Assembly (NCBI RefSeq): GCF_009834535.1
Contig: NC_045697.1
Coordinates: 27,096,001 to 27,160,000 of the forward strand
DNA from: Camelus ferus
Taxonomy: Eukaryota
Reading direction: 5' to 3'
Length of the DNA: 64,000 nucleotides
Below the pieces are notes generated by a model, which did no database searches, was not told the origin of the DNA, and saw nothing but the letters and a program-made list of their open reading frames with translations. Below are positions 51,981-64,000 of the stretch, in pieces. How positions within the stretch are numbered: the first letter of the stretch is position 1; each line of letters begins with the position of its first letter. Both the position numbers and the translations under genes were made by a program.

Positions 51981-53342
51981 GTTACTGAATCACATTTCAA
52001 GGTAGCACAGCCAAGAGTGATCTTTAGCCAGATTCTGGGCTTCTCTGATGCTATGTTGGAGGTAAAACTGCCTCCAGGAATTGAGGAGACACATGACTCA
52101 TGAATCATGATCCATGACTCAAAAAGCCGTGCCTATGCCCATACTCTGAAAAGTGCTGACTGAAACTGATGAAGCTGTTCATCCAGTAAAGGAGCACCCC
52201 ATGAGAAAGGAGACTGTAATAGGCCCATAGGAAAAATAACCTCTAATGACACACGTGCTGCTCGTCCTCGTGGTAAGAGGGAGGCTTGCCCTGAGTGGAG
52301 ATATGATCAGTTGCCATTTTCCCAGCCTGACATCTGACTTTGTTTATTGTAACAAAATCAGCATGTTCAATATACATACCCAATGAGCAAGTCCTGGTGT
52401 CTAAAATAGAGGAGAGTGGACAAAGGGAAAATGAAAGCCCAGGATCCATTTCAGAGGTGATGTCAGCTAGAAAGTGAATGGACAAAGAGCTAGAGGTAGA
52501 GTTGGAGCTAACCCTATAAAGGAAGAGTGTTTCCCACAGCTCTAGCATAGTGAGGTCCAAAGAAAGTAGGGAGGTTCTGGTTGTAAGTGTTAAAATTACT
52601 TGAATAGGTTAAGATTAGAGTGCATCAGATACTCAACTATCAAAAGGTTAACCTTTGTTGCAAGTTTCTGCTTAATCCTGAGAAAGGAGCTGCCTTGAAA
52701 TGCATCTGAAACCATGGTAAAACGATTACTTGAATGACCTCTTACAGGGATGGGCTCTCTAGCTACCAAGACAAATTGTCCTTGTGATTTCTCCCTGTCA
52801 ACACTGAAAAGTTAGAAGCCATTTTATTTCACTGGAAAATGAGCTTAACGTGTTGGAGAAAGCCTCATATGAAACGTTCTAGTCCAGACCAGAGATGCTT
52901 AGTGTAGGTCAAATGCACATCAAAGCTCTTTTAAGTCACAGGCTTTCAGCTACAATCTAAGAAATTACAGTCATAAGAGACCCTCGGTGCATGAAACGTG
53001 GACTCAAATAATGGGTGGTTCCAATATGGTACTGAGTGTATGCAATCACATATCCAATATTGAAATCCAAAACACGACATCTGGGTCAGTGAAAGGAATA
53101 AAAAGGAAACATGCAAAACGTGTTTGCCTCACCTTTGAGACAGAGCATAATTAGGATCATTATTCAGCACCATGATGCTTCTCTTCGGCCTGATTAGGAG
53201 TTGTGGTGTCACTGTCTGTGGATTTGTGAAAGTCACGCCAAGGTAGATAGGCTCAGTGTGGCACAAAACTTGACAGCTGCCAACGCTCTTTTCTACCATT
53301 CTTCATTCTAGGAAGGCAGAGTCTTTAAAAATTCAGTGTTCA

Positions 53343-53747
53343 CCTTCCGCCGTGGCAGCCATTGGGAAGCAGCAGCCGTGGCTCTGCGCTACCCCATGGC
53401 CGTGGGCCTCAGCAAAGGCCACAAGGTGACGAAGAACGTGAGCAAGCCGAGGCACAGCCGCAGCCGCAGGCACCTCACCAAGCACACCAAGTTCGTGCGG
53501 GACATGGCCCGGGACGTGTGTGGCGTCGCCTTTATGAGCGGCGGGCCGTGCAGCTGCTCAAGGTCTGCAAGGACAAGCGGGCCCTCAAGTTCATCAAGAA
53601 ATGGGTGGGGACACACATCCGCGCCAGACGAAGAGAGAAGAGCTGAGCAACGTCCTGGCCGCCGTAAGGAAAGCGGCGCCAAGAGGGCCTGAGCCCCTCC
53701 CACCCGTCTGCGCGTAATAAAACCTTTTCAGAAAAATAAAATAAAAT
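53343..53747 (+). pseudogene. RPL36: RPL36 (60S ribosomal protein L36) processed pseudogene, full length
   Basis: Intronless. Translates as [27 protein letters not shown]...[10 protein letters not shown], then [27 protein letters not shown] in a shifted frame. 5' pyrimidine tract CCTTCC, start codon mutated to GTG (53378), native TGA at 53690-53692, AATAAA at 53716, A-rich tail. 16-bp TSD AAAAATTCAGTGTTCA at 53327-53342 and 53748-53763, at a TTT/AAAA L1-endonuclease site. Confidence 0.96.
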
Positions 53748-55279
53748 AAAAATTCAGTGTTCAAAATGGTACCAAGAGGATCTTTGGTGCCTCTGGTAGT
53801 GTGGAAGTTCCCGGGTTCCAGTGTCTGTAACTATATTATAAAATTTGTAGAACGGGGTCACCTCTGTACCGTAGAAAAATCCCACCCCTTTCTAGTACCA
53901 ATTCTTGGGAACAAGGTCCCAAGAATAGAGTAGAATCAACAATGAAGGGGAAATGCTGAGCTACTGGATGTACTCTACTTGAACCAGAAAAATACACATG
54001 ATTCAAAATTGCAATTGGCAAGTCTCCACAATGCCTGGTGGTGGGAACTTTTCAGTGTTATTAGTAAGAATATTTTTATGTGCTTAAAAAAATGCAGTAT
54101 TTGAGAATAGGCATAAATTCAACCTCATACCCAAATCTATATACACTATGATCATACCATGCATTTCATTTTCTAGAAATGCAGTGACTCACTCCAAGGT
54201 TTACAAAATAAGAAAAATAACTTTAAACAATTTTTAATATTATTGGAGATCTGTTCAGAATCAGATGGATCTATGTTTGAATTTATCTTCTTAAACACTA
54301 TATAGAAATTATTTTCACTTACACTCTAGTTTTACATGATAAATTCTAGTATAAGCTGTTTAACTCGGTTAAAAAAAGGCTTCCAAAGGGACTCAGAGAA
54401 TAACAACAAATATAATTAGCATCAAGTAAAAAATACTGTAGTCAAGGATTCAAGTGAATTATTTTTAGTTCCTTACTAGTTTCATTTACTAAACGGAAAT
54501 CAAGCTTGTATCGATTTTTTAAATGCTAGGATCATAAAGAAACTTTAAAAATTTTAGCACAAGATGTCTTTGCTAGAGATACTGATTTATTAATATATTT
54601 CAACCTAGATACAATAGGAATCTTTAACTGCACTGTCCTGAGCACAAATCCATAAATCAACTGGTGGATTTTCCAACAAGTAAATGTAAGCATACTTTAG
54701 GAGCCAGGAAAGTATTTTTGAGCAGTTCATTCCACTTGCATTGGAGTTTCAACCACTTCCCTGTGAAATGTCACACATTATACAGCAAATATGCCAGTGT
54801 TTGTTGACAGGCTGTCTCTGAGTAATCACTTTACACTCAAGTGGACATTCTGGACACCATGTCTAGACGTCTGCTTATTCAGCTAGAACTTGGGGCTTCT
54901 TGGGACTCATCCCAGCCTTGTACTCTCTGCTTAGCCCTTGGTGAATCACTGCCAATCCCCAGAGTCACATTTTTCAGTCTATCAAATTGGATGAAACTCT
55001 GCCAGCCTTTTCATCTTCTGTTCTGTACAACTCTCAGTGCTAGGCAAAAATATCATCTCTAAGGATTCTCATGAGGTCTGAATAGATGATGCTGAGAAGA
55101 AGCATGCTGTGTCAATAGATGTAAGGCACTTATGATGACATAATTGAACATCCTTATAAAAGTATTGCAAACAAGACAGAATATATTAACTGCTGAGGTA
55201 AAGTTCAAATGTTCAGCAGAGAATCACTTTCCTGGCTGCAAAAGTAATACATGTTGGGTTTGGAAAACTGAAGAGGTCA

Positions 55280-55850
55280 GGTGGGGGGAAGGGGCAAAAT
55301 AGGAGAAGGGAATTAAGAGGTACAAAGTCCTAGGTATAAAACAAGTAAGTTACAAGGGTGTAATGTACAGCACAGGGAACATAGTCAATATTTTATAATA
55401 ATTTTGTATGGAGTATAATCTATAAAAGTATCAAATGACTATGTTGTACACCTGAAATTAATATAATATTATAAGTAAACTATACTTCAATTTAAAAAGA
55501 ACTGTCAAGGTCATTAAAAAAACAAGGAAAGTCTGAGAAATTGTCACAGCCAAGAGGAGCCAAAGGAGACACAACAACTGAATGCAATGTGGGATCCTAG
55601 ATGAAATTCTGGAACAAAAAGACAAGATATTAGGTTAAAAAAACCAAGGAAATCTAAATAGATTATGGATTGTAATTAATAATAATGCATCAATATTGGC
55701 TCATTAACTGTGACAAATGTACTATACTTACATAAGGTGTTACTAATAAAGGGAACTGGGTTTAGGGGAGGGTATATGCAAACTCTCTGTACTGTTCTCC
55801 CAACTTTTCTGTTGTAATCTAAATCTGACCTAAAAAGAAAACCCTAACTA
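55280..55850 (+). mobile_element. Two adjacent L1 3' ends (younger tail 55280-55495; L1MC-type 55500-55850)
   Basis: GTACAGCACAGGGAACATAGTCAATA...GTACACCTGAAATTAATATAATATT, then AAGGAAAGTCTGAGAAATTGTCACAGCCAAGAGGAGCC...GGGAACTGGG. Confidence 0.8.
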
Positions 55851-56927
55851 AAAAATCAATTTTATACCCTTTGTGAGGAGTCTGAGGAGAAGCTACATCA
55901 CACCTCATCCAGCTAAGCTTAATCACACTCCTCCATTAACCTTATCTGTTCTCTTTCCAAACTCTTCTTCCTCCCACCCAGGTGTCTGTTTTCTATATTC
56001 ACCTCCCGTCAATTTTCTATTCCCATCCAATATAAGCAGCTCCGAGAAATCCCGAAGCAATTCAGTTTTTGTCCTCAGCCCGCAGAGTCCACTCAGTAGA
56101 ATAAATTCCCAAATTCAGCTGAACAGCAATCAAACCTTGTCCATCGAGCATGGTCCTTGGATGAGCATGATCCTTGGATGGATTCACTCTTCTACCATAT
56201 TCAATTTAGGGAGATGTTCTAAAATGGTTTCATTCTGACTCAGTGTGTGGTTTCCAGAGAAATACCAAAACAACTCCTAAAGTAAAAAATTTATGTGGAA
56301 GAAGCTCTTAAATCTAACCTCAAACAGAGAGACAGCATCCAAAAGCCTATAGGATTGGAGGAGATTGTATAAAGCTCAATTATGATCACCATAAAAATTA
56401 CAGAGTAAAGAAAGGGACTTAAAGTGCAGGTGCTTAACAAGCTGAGAGGCAAAATTGAAGCCTGCCAAGAGAATACAAAAAAAGCAAAGCTCAGGGAAAA
56501 GTTTCCCTTTGAATTCTAGGCTCCCCACTGCCCAATTATCTCCTGATGTTAGACGCTGCTCACACAGAGGCTCAGCACTCCTCAGATGTGGCAATGGTTT
56601 GCGCAGCCTCGCCCATTCAGTCCCCTAATACTTCTGGGTTAAACAACAAACAGTCATCTGAAAGAGCCAGGAGTGCCCAGGGTGACTAAGAGGCAGCAGT
56701 GTCAAATGCCCATGACCTTGGCCACATTCTCATTATCCTCTGCCCACACTGAGTTCAGTAGGCAGAGAGGGAAACACCGTAACTCTTTGAAGCTATGGAA
56801 CCTTTTAATAAACCACAGCAGGAAGACTCTTTAATGGTTAACTAGTTAGCGGCATAAGCCTGCGATGCCCGCCAGAAAGAAGCAAAATAATAGAATAGCA
56901 TTCTTCTTAAAAGAACCGTTATATTTA

Positions 56928-57010
56928 TTTTTTAAATTTTAAAAATAATTTATTTTTATTGAAGTATTGTTGATTTATAATGTAGTGTTAGTATCAGGTG
57001 TACAGAAAAA
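56928..57010 (-). mobile_element. Very short L1 3' tail
   Basis: TTGAAGTATTGTTGATTTATAATG...CAGGTGTACAG. TSD AACC(G/A)TTATATTTA at 56914-56927 and 57011-57024. Confidence 0.85.
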
Positions 57011-57699
57011 AACCATTATATTTAAATGTTGGTGAGGGTGCATATGCAAAATGACAGCACTCCACTTTGAAAGTCTTCTGTGTCCAAGATACATTTGTTT
57101 TAAGAAACAAATACATGATTTTACCTAGTGCTGCCCTTCTAGTAAAGGCTGAGCAATCTGTACCCTACTCCTCATTCTTTGCACTTGTATGCAAATCTCT
57201 ACAGCTTACCTATGTTTCCTGCCCTCCCATCATTGTATCCTCAGAAGAAAACAGGACTGAAGGCGGAGGAGTCAGAGCCAAGAGGCTTGCGAGTCAGGAA
57301 GTCAGAGAGCCAGCTAGGGCAGAAGTGGAGCTCACCAACGGCCGTCATGGCCAGAACAAGGAGCTGCCCTAGTGAAGAAGCTATATGATGGGAGGCAGGG
57401 AGAGGGGTGGAACAAACCTCGCCAAGAATCACTAAGAGCCAAGGAGAATTAGGGGCCCAGACCTAAAACCTCCACATCTCCAATTCATACCTTGCCCACC
57501 TCAGGAAATTCTGATAATGTATTTTACCACTGCTCCTACTCCTGCACACCTCGTGTAGTAACTAACAGACTTTGGGAGGTTTTACAGTACTTGTGCATTC
57601 CTTTCTTAAAAGATTCATCAGAGGTTTCTTGATAGGAAGAGTATCAGGAACGTGGGGCCATGATTTAAAACTGCCACAGTAGCTTTTGATACTGAGTTA

Positions 57700-58102
57700 G
57701 TTCTGAGTCATCACTGAGAAATTTGACTGCCCTGAGGTTGCCAGGCTCTAAGGAAGCCAAGCCACGTGGAAAGGCCGTGTGTGTAAGCGCTGCTGTGAAC
57801 AATCTTAGCTGGGCACATTCTTTAGCCATCTCAGCTCAGGCACTAGGTGCTTGAGTAGAGAAACCACTGTGAGAGTGGATCCCCCAGCCCCAGCTATTCC
57901 AACCCCCACCCATTCGATTTACCCTCAGCCATTTGAGTCACTCCAACTCAGATCCCAGACATCACGGAGAAGAGAAGAGTTGTTTCTGCCATGCCCTTTC
58001 TGAATTCCTGGTCCAAGGAATCCATGGGCATAACAAAGATGGTTGTTGTTTTAACACCCATAGCTTGGTGTGGTTTGTTACTTGGCAACAGATAACTGGA
58101 GA
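57700..58102 (+). mobile_element. MLT1-type MaLR LTR
   Basis: AGGAAGCCAAGCCACGTGGAAAGGCC...GAATTCCTGGTCCA..GAATCCATG...GGTTGTTGTTTTAA...GTGGTTTGTTAC...AGATAACTGGA. Confidence 0.75.
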
Positions 58103-58899
58103 CACCACTCTACATCAAGCACTTATTCTGTACCGACATCCTACATGTGTCCTCTAGGCCTTAGAGTGCTATCAGGTGAACAGTATTAAATAGATGAGCA
58201 AACTGAGGCTTAGAGAGGCAAAGAACTTATTACGGATCACATCTCTGGAAGTGATGATGGTGGGGTTAAAGTCCGTGCCCATTCGGGTCTGAAGCCGAGG
58301 CTCTTACCAGCTGCAGGGACCATGGGAAACCCTCTGACTGGAAGGGAGAGAGAGGTAGAGAAAGGCCCTGACTTCTTCCCAAATATGTGTCGATCCCTCC
58401 ACCTTAATAAATATTAATGGTAAGTGCTCCATTCTCTTGAACATTTCTCTTAATTCTGTATCTTCCCAAGGATGAGAGATGCTTATCCACTGAGAAATAT
58501 CTCCATGTTCTTCATAATTTGGAGGGGGAAGAGTGACTACCATTTCATATAGTTTTTGAAGTTACTTTCTTTGCTTGCTTGAGATCATCAAATGATCTGA
58601 CTGGGCTGCTAACTAGGTTTTTGTTGGTGACCCAGATGGGAAATTCGCTCTCCTTTTCTCTCTCTCAATTTCTCTCTCTCTGGTTTTGTTTGTTTTTACA
58701 TTCTTAATCTATTTGGAGTTTCTGGGCCATGACTCCTCAGCTTCAAGGAAGGAAGGTGTTACATGGTTCACTTGGCTGGATTCAGTTTATACATCAACTT
58801 ATCCTTCTGTTCACTCCCAAAGTCTTGCAGTCCCCACTCATACTAACCACTGCAATCGCGGCCCAGAAAGTGATCAAGGAAATATCAATGTTTAAAGTT

Positions 58900-60600
58900 T
58901 TCAATGGGGAAAAATGAGCTGCTTCCTTCCTGTTAATTTAGCTAACGTGGGTTAGCAGGTGACTATTACTTACTAAGGATATGTTGAAACTGCTTCTATA
59001 ACTTGTCTTACTAAACTCATAGCAGAGAAGCCAGTGTCACAGAAGTAATTTGACAGAAGTGGAATAGAGATGTCAGAGCAATTTTAGCAAGCTTAGGATA
59101 TTCATTAATTCTTACCCAAAATAATTCATCTCAGTGCTTCATTAGCAGCCAGTGTTAACAAGTTATCCTGTAAAAAAATTAGCTAAATTTATAATATCTT
59201 TGGAGGAAATAGATTCTAGATCCAAGAATTTCAAAATGTTCTATCAAATTCATAAGCTGTCCAGGGATATGTTTTCACAGGTGTGAAATATCTAGCTTAT
59301 CCCCTACTTCATTGGTAATGAGTGTTGAGAGAAATGTCGTAACAATTTAAAAAATTCTGTTATTTGAACTATCTGTTCTTGCCTTTTCATTCATTTCTGT
59401 CATAAAAGAATGTTAATGGAGTATTAATATTATTAAAAATATGAAGATATCAGACAATAAAAAGGTATAAACGGTCTTTTTTGTATCTTTAAAAAGTTGG
59501 GAAACTGATTTCTCATCTTGCAGAAACACTAAAAGTTTACTCTAAGTTTAAACATTCGCAACAGAATTTTCCCCTCAGAAACCATCGTATCTCATGCCTT
59601 AACAGTTGTTTGTGATCAGCTTCCATGTTACAAAATAATAAAGAGGAGGACCTCGAAATTAACACAGTAACCTCTACATAAGTCACAACTGTTCTTACAC
59701 CACTTAGGACGCTGTTCAGTTCAGCTGACATGTTTTTTACATACGCGACTTCCTTGATGAAGCAACGGTGCAGGTCCTCAATCACGGTGACCTCTCCAAA
59801 ACGGCGCTCTGTCCCTGCCGCCGTTCCATCCGAACACACTCTCCCTAAAACTTAAACTTCAAACCACGTTTGCTAACATCGATCACATGCCTGGATCTCA
59901 TGGAGGTACCAAGAATTGCTCTGAAGGTTTCTTTCTAATTGCTCACTTCCAGTTTCTGTCCTTACCTCACAGCAGACAGGGAGGGACTGGTTCACAGGTC
60001 AGCGCTGTTGCCGACAGGGTTGCGAGCAGCCCTCCTTGAAGCAGTCAGTCGCGCTCGGACTGTCTTCCCCAGTGAGGTCTGGGGATCAGTAAAGCAAAGT
60101 GTGTGTTAACAAACTAATTGTTTTTTCATTTCTTTTTTTTCTTTTACTTTTTTTTTTTACTGAAGTGTAGTTGAAACTAACAATGTTACTTTCAGGTGTA
60201 CAGAAAAGAGATTCAGTTGTACATATACATACAATTTTTTTTCAAATTCTTTTCCATTATAGCACATTACAAGAAATTGAATATAGCTCCCTGTGCTATA
60301 CAGTAAGCCCTTGTTGTTTATCTATTTTATATTTAGTAGTATACATCTGTTAATCCCAAACTCTTAATTTATCCCTCCCCCCGCCTTTCCTCTTTGGTAA
60401 CCATAGTTTGATTTCTCTGTTAGTGAGTCTATTTCTGGTTTTAACAAACTAATTTTAACTATTGCTGCCACTCCCCACAGTTAATTAAACCTGATCTAGC
60501 CATATGGAACAGCATTTAGTGTAGAGTGACACATGAAAATATACTGAAGATATGCTGGATCCTGAAAAAGTTCCATCTTCCTGTAACTATTGATAGGATC
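58900..60600 (-). mobile_element. hAT-Charlie-type transposase fossil
   Basis: ORF 59537-59839 contains CSDGTAA.T (catalytic D motif), H.CFI, ELNSVL..V...V, MEADHKQLL.HEIRWFLRGK, typical of Charlie/Buster transposases. 58980-59125 on the minus strand gives FW..NEYPKLAKIAL...YFCDTGFSAM, the hATC dimerisation motif. Multiple frameshifts. Confidence 0.85.
60120..60440 (-). mobile_element. L1 3' tail (cetartiodactyl type) inserted in the hAT fossil
   Basis: TGAAGTGTAGTTG...CAGGTGTACAG...CCCTGTGCTATACAGTA...TTTGGTAACCATA. TSD TTAACAAACTAATT at 60106-60119 and 60441-60454. Confidence 0.9.
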
Positions 60601-60859
60601 TTAGCTTGTTAGACAAATAATCCAGTTATTATATAATAAAAATAATACTATGTTATAAAACATAATGCAACAGGAAAGAATTGTCATTAAAATAATGATA
60701 AAAGTTTCTTATCAAATGATGATGGGTGTCATATTCTCCAGTTAACTTATTTTTGAAACAAAAATTAGTTTCTCAAATATTAGTGGTTATGTATTTAAAT
60801 TGAAGGTGTTTTGAAGTAGGTCCTCTGAACTTGAGTCCAAAATATGGTTGTTAAAGTCT

Positions 60860-61275
60860 CCTCCCCTGCACCCCTTGTTTACTGGGTTTTAGCCACATCG
60901 GTCCCCTTTCTCCCCCTTGGGGTCTCCAGGCTCCATGCACTTGCTCTTTCCTCTATCTGCATTTCTTCTGCCACCAATTCTCCAAGATGTTGCTTCCTTC
61001 TCATCCTCAGACTCCACTGAAAAGTCCTTCTCTGGGAGGACATTGCTCAATGCCCAGTCCACAGGATGACTCTGTCCCTCTCATGTCTCTCTCAAGCCTC
61101 TGCAAAGCATTTCTCGCTAATTATGTTTTCAGTGCCTGTCTACAGCCTCTAGAAGGGGGCCCCGATTAGAGAACGACATGGTCTTTCTCGTCCACTGCTA
61201 CATCACCACAGGTCACACAGGGCCTGGCCCATGGTAGGTGCTTAATAGTTATTTGTTAAATGAATGAAAGATGAA
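60860..61275 (+). mobile_element. L2 3' end fragment
   Basis: CACAGGGCCTGGCCCATGGTAGGTGCTTAATAGTTATTTGTTAAATGAATGAA terminus. Confidence 0.65.
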
Positions 61276-61809
61276 TGAAGACCATGACATGAGTCTGGAG
61301 TTTATTTCTAAGGACAGTTGGGCTCTGTACTCAGTACAGGAGGTACGGAGATGTGTGGCATGGTCCCTGCTCACTGTTTGTGTCTACTCGAAAAATGACA
61401 CATGCACAAATCACTGCAAGTCACATCAGAGTAAGTTGGGTGCCACAGGAAAGCCACAAGTTAGTCTCATGGTTCAGAGGGGAAAGAAATCACTTTTGGC
61501 TTAATAAAGAGGGTGATATTTGGGTTGGGCCTTGATAGATGAGCACAGTTTGGATGAGGGGAGATTTTTACAGGCAAGGCAAGAATGCCAGTGCATCCCT
61601 AAACCTTAGGCTGCAAACCTGGGTTCTTATATGGAGCCAAGTGCAGGGACTTGCTAATATAGGAGCTTAGGTGTCTGTAAGAATAAAGCCTCACTCTGAA
61701 CCCTGAAGTTCAATTTGTCTGAGACTGCTTTAGCATTATGTGTATATTCACTAAAAATATGTTAAGGTAAATAATGAGAAGACAGTTGCTCAGCTATTTC
61801 TGAGCAGTC

Positions 61810-62140
61810 TTGTAAGTTTCAGTTATGCAAGATGAAGAAATTCTAGAGATCTGCTGTACGACATGGTACCTCTAGTTAATAATACGGCCTTGTGCACCAT
61901 GAAATTTGTTAAGAGAATAGATCTCATGTTAGGTCTTACTACACACAAACACACACATACACATACATGCACACAAACCCACAAAAGAAAACCCAAGGAA
62001 TTTTTTGGAAGTAAGATATGTTTAGTTCCTTGATTTGGTAATGGTATCATGGGTGTTTGCATATGTCCAAACTCATCAAAATGTTTACATTAAATATGCA
62101 AAATTATTTGTGTATCAATTATACCTTAATAAAAATTTTT
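61810..62140 (+). mobile_element. L1MA-type 3' end
   Basis: GTTTCAGTTATGCAAGATGAA...TTCTAGAGATCTGCTGTAC...TTGTTAAGAG..TAGATCTCATGTTA...GTATCAATTATACCTTAATAAA. Confidence 0.85.
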
Positions 62141-63009
62141 TAAAGATTAATTAACTAATAATTAAATAAAGTATTTGAACTTGATATAAAGAAGAAATGA
62201 GAAGATTCTCAAGAAAATTGATCAGTTTCGAGAGCGATGATTTCATAAGCTACATTAATCAGCATGAACTGGAGGCAATAGCTGAGATATTCATAGTTTG
62301 GATGTTTTATTAAAAATTCAGTAGGAGTAATTTCCTTCAGGTTGAATTAGAAATTTTAATTATTCATATCACCTGCTAATAGGAAATGTTAAGTTAAAGT
62401 TTTAGGTGTAGGAACGCAATTTAAATAACTCAAACCACATTCATTAATCCTTAGCGTACATTTGATGGATATTTTTTTCAAAATAATATATGTGTAAATC
62501 TGGCCCTAAAGTTTAAAAGTATTTCACATACATCGTTTGTTGAGCAAAATAGTTCTATGAGGGAGGTAGCTAAATCAGAAATTACCTCTGTTTAGAGAAA
62601 CAAAACCAAAAGCCTTTAGCAGCCAAGTTACTGTGAGTCATAAGGCTGTTTAATCTCAAACCTGGAACCTGAATCCTGTTCAGAAGGGTTGTCAGTCTCT
62701 CTTTTATAGATGTGGCACTGTGAGGGAAATGTGTAAATGTGTAAAACTCAACTGAATCCTTAGAAATATGCTAACTCTTGAAAGAAATCTAGGGTTGGAG
62801 TCACCAGTGGAAAGGACAGAAAACGTGGGAAGGAGGGGGAGAACGCACCTGGCGCACCATTGTTGTACCTTTCTCCATCTCATCGCTATTTGTTTCCCGC
62901 TTCCTCACAGCCTGTGAGCAGCACTTTAACAAACTATCGCAGGCCTGTTTTGGGGATCTGAAATTAATTATTGATTTTCCTTTCTAACTTCCCTGTTAAA
63001 TCATAAGCT

Positions 63010-63202
63010 GGCATTCTCACAGTCTGGTTCATGGGCCACCTGCATCAGAATCTCCTGGGGCTCCTGGGGAGTTTGTTACATCTATAGAGTCCGTTGCCCA
63101 AACCCAGATCTATCACACCGGATGTCCCTGGTGGGGCGCAGGAGTCTGCATGTTTAACATGCCTTCCACCTGATTCTTCAGGCCACTCAAGTTGAGGAGC
63201 AC
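63010..63202. mobile_element. MER5-type hAT MITE
   Basis: CCACCTGCATCAGAATC.CCTGGG...GGAGTCTGCATGTTTAACA...TGATTCTT...CACTCAAGTTGAGGAGCA. Confidence 0.75.
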
Positions 63203-64000
63203 TCTTGCAGTCTCCTCTGTGTGCCACTCGTTTGTTTGCCTTTAAAAACCATTTATCTTTCTTTTCACAACATCTGTATTTCCCAGTGCTTTGCCCTTAG
63301 TAGGCTGAGAATGGGCATGTGAATGAATAAGTCTTACATTTGCACTTGTGAATTTTCATTTGTAAATTTCAGTCATTTACACCATCTTGGTCAATTCTTG
63401 TATCACTTCTTTGAGGTAGGTGGGAGGGCAGGAATTACTGTCCTTGTTTCACAGAGACCAAAATAGATCCAAGATGATGGATAGTCTTTTTTTTTTTTTT
63501 CTTTAGTATTTTAGAGCTTGTAAAGAGCTGGCATTTAAATCAAGATCTTCTCACTCAGAGGTTGAGATACTTTGATTCACATCTGGTGATCCTGGGCAAT
63601 TTATACTGTGCATTCGTCTGAAGATCTAAAATGTTTTATTCTGAGTGTCTTATTCATCTTCATAATATAAATATGCATTTTTATATACATTCTTAATGAG
63701 CCACCAAGACAACATCAAACAATTCATTTTCTTTGCAACCAATCACCAGTGTCACACTGAGTGAAAACCCTGTCACTGATATGAAATATGACCTAGAAGC
63801 TCAGCATTTCAGTACGAGTCAACACAAATTCTGCTAAGTGCTAGGTGTTGTGTTAAATACTGGGGACACAACAACAAAATGAACACGAGCAACTCCTGCT
63901 TTTAAATGGATGGAAATTTCTGGGTGTGTCTAAGAACAGAGCCCTAATAAGTCAGAATGCCAAGGTCCGAGTAACATGCCAGAGTCGTCAAAATGGGAGA

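Noticed and set aside
59537..59839. Domesticated hAT gene (ZBED5/FAM200-like)
   Set aside because: Multiple frameshifts and stops, degraded motifs and an L1 insertion show it is a fossil.
1..64000. CRISPR arrays, operons or other prokaryote-type systems
   Set aside because: The sequence is mammalian. There are no regularly spaced repeat-spacer arrays or dense gene clusters.

Overview
Mammalian genomic DNA, most likely from a camelid. This is inferred from many tRNA-Ala-derived Vic-1-like SINEs and cetartiodactyl-type L1 3' tails. The only host gene I can support is the first coding exon of RELL1 (minus strand, 25861-25948) inside a CpG-island promoter. Everything to its left is RELL1 intron 1 (no exon 2 is visible), and everything to its right is repeat-rich upstream/intergenic DNA. 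That intergenic part holds a full-length RPL36 processed pseudogene with target-site duplication (TSD), a MaLR provirus remnant with internal sequence, a hAT-Charlie transposase fossil and many LINE, SINE, LTR and DNA-transposon fragments. I found no convincing new protein-coding system. The most unusual signals are: (i) two SINE-head + L1-sequence chimeras, each inside a single TSD pair; (ii) an RPL36 retrocopy whose three 1-nt deletions restore the frame and which is CpG-rich with A>G changes; (iii) a ~1.2 kb AT-rich orphan insertion inside an old L1; (iv) a CpG-rich patch in the old hAT fossil. Repeat family names come from recalled consensus sequences, not a database search, and boundaries without TSDs are approximate.
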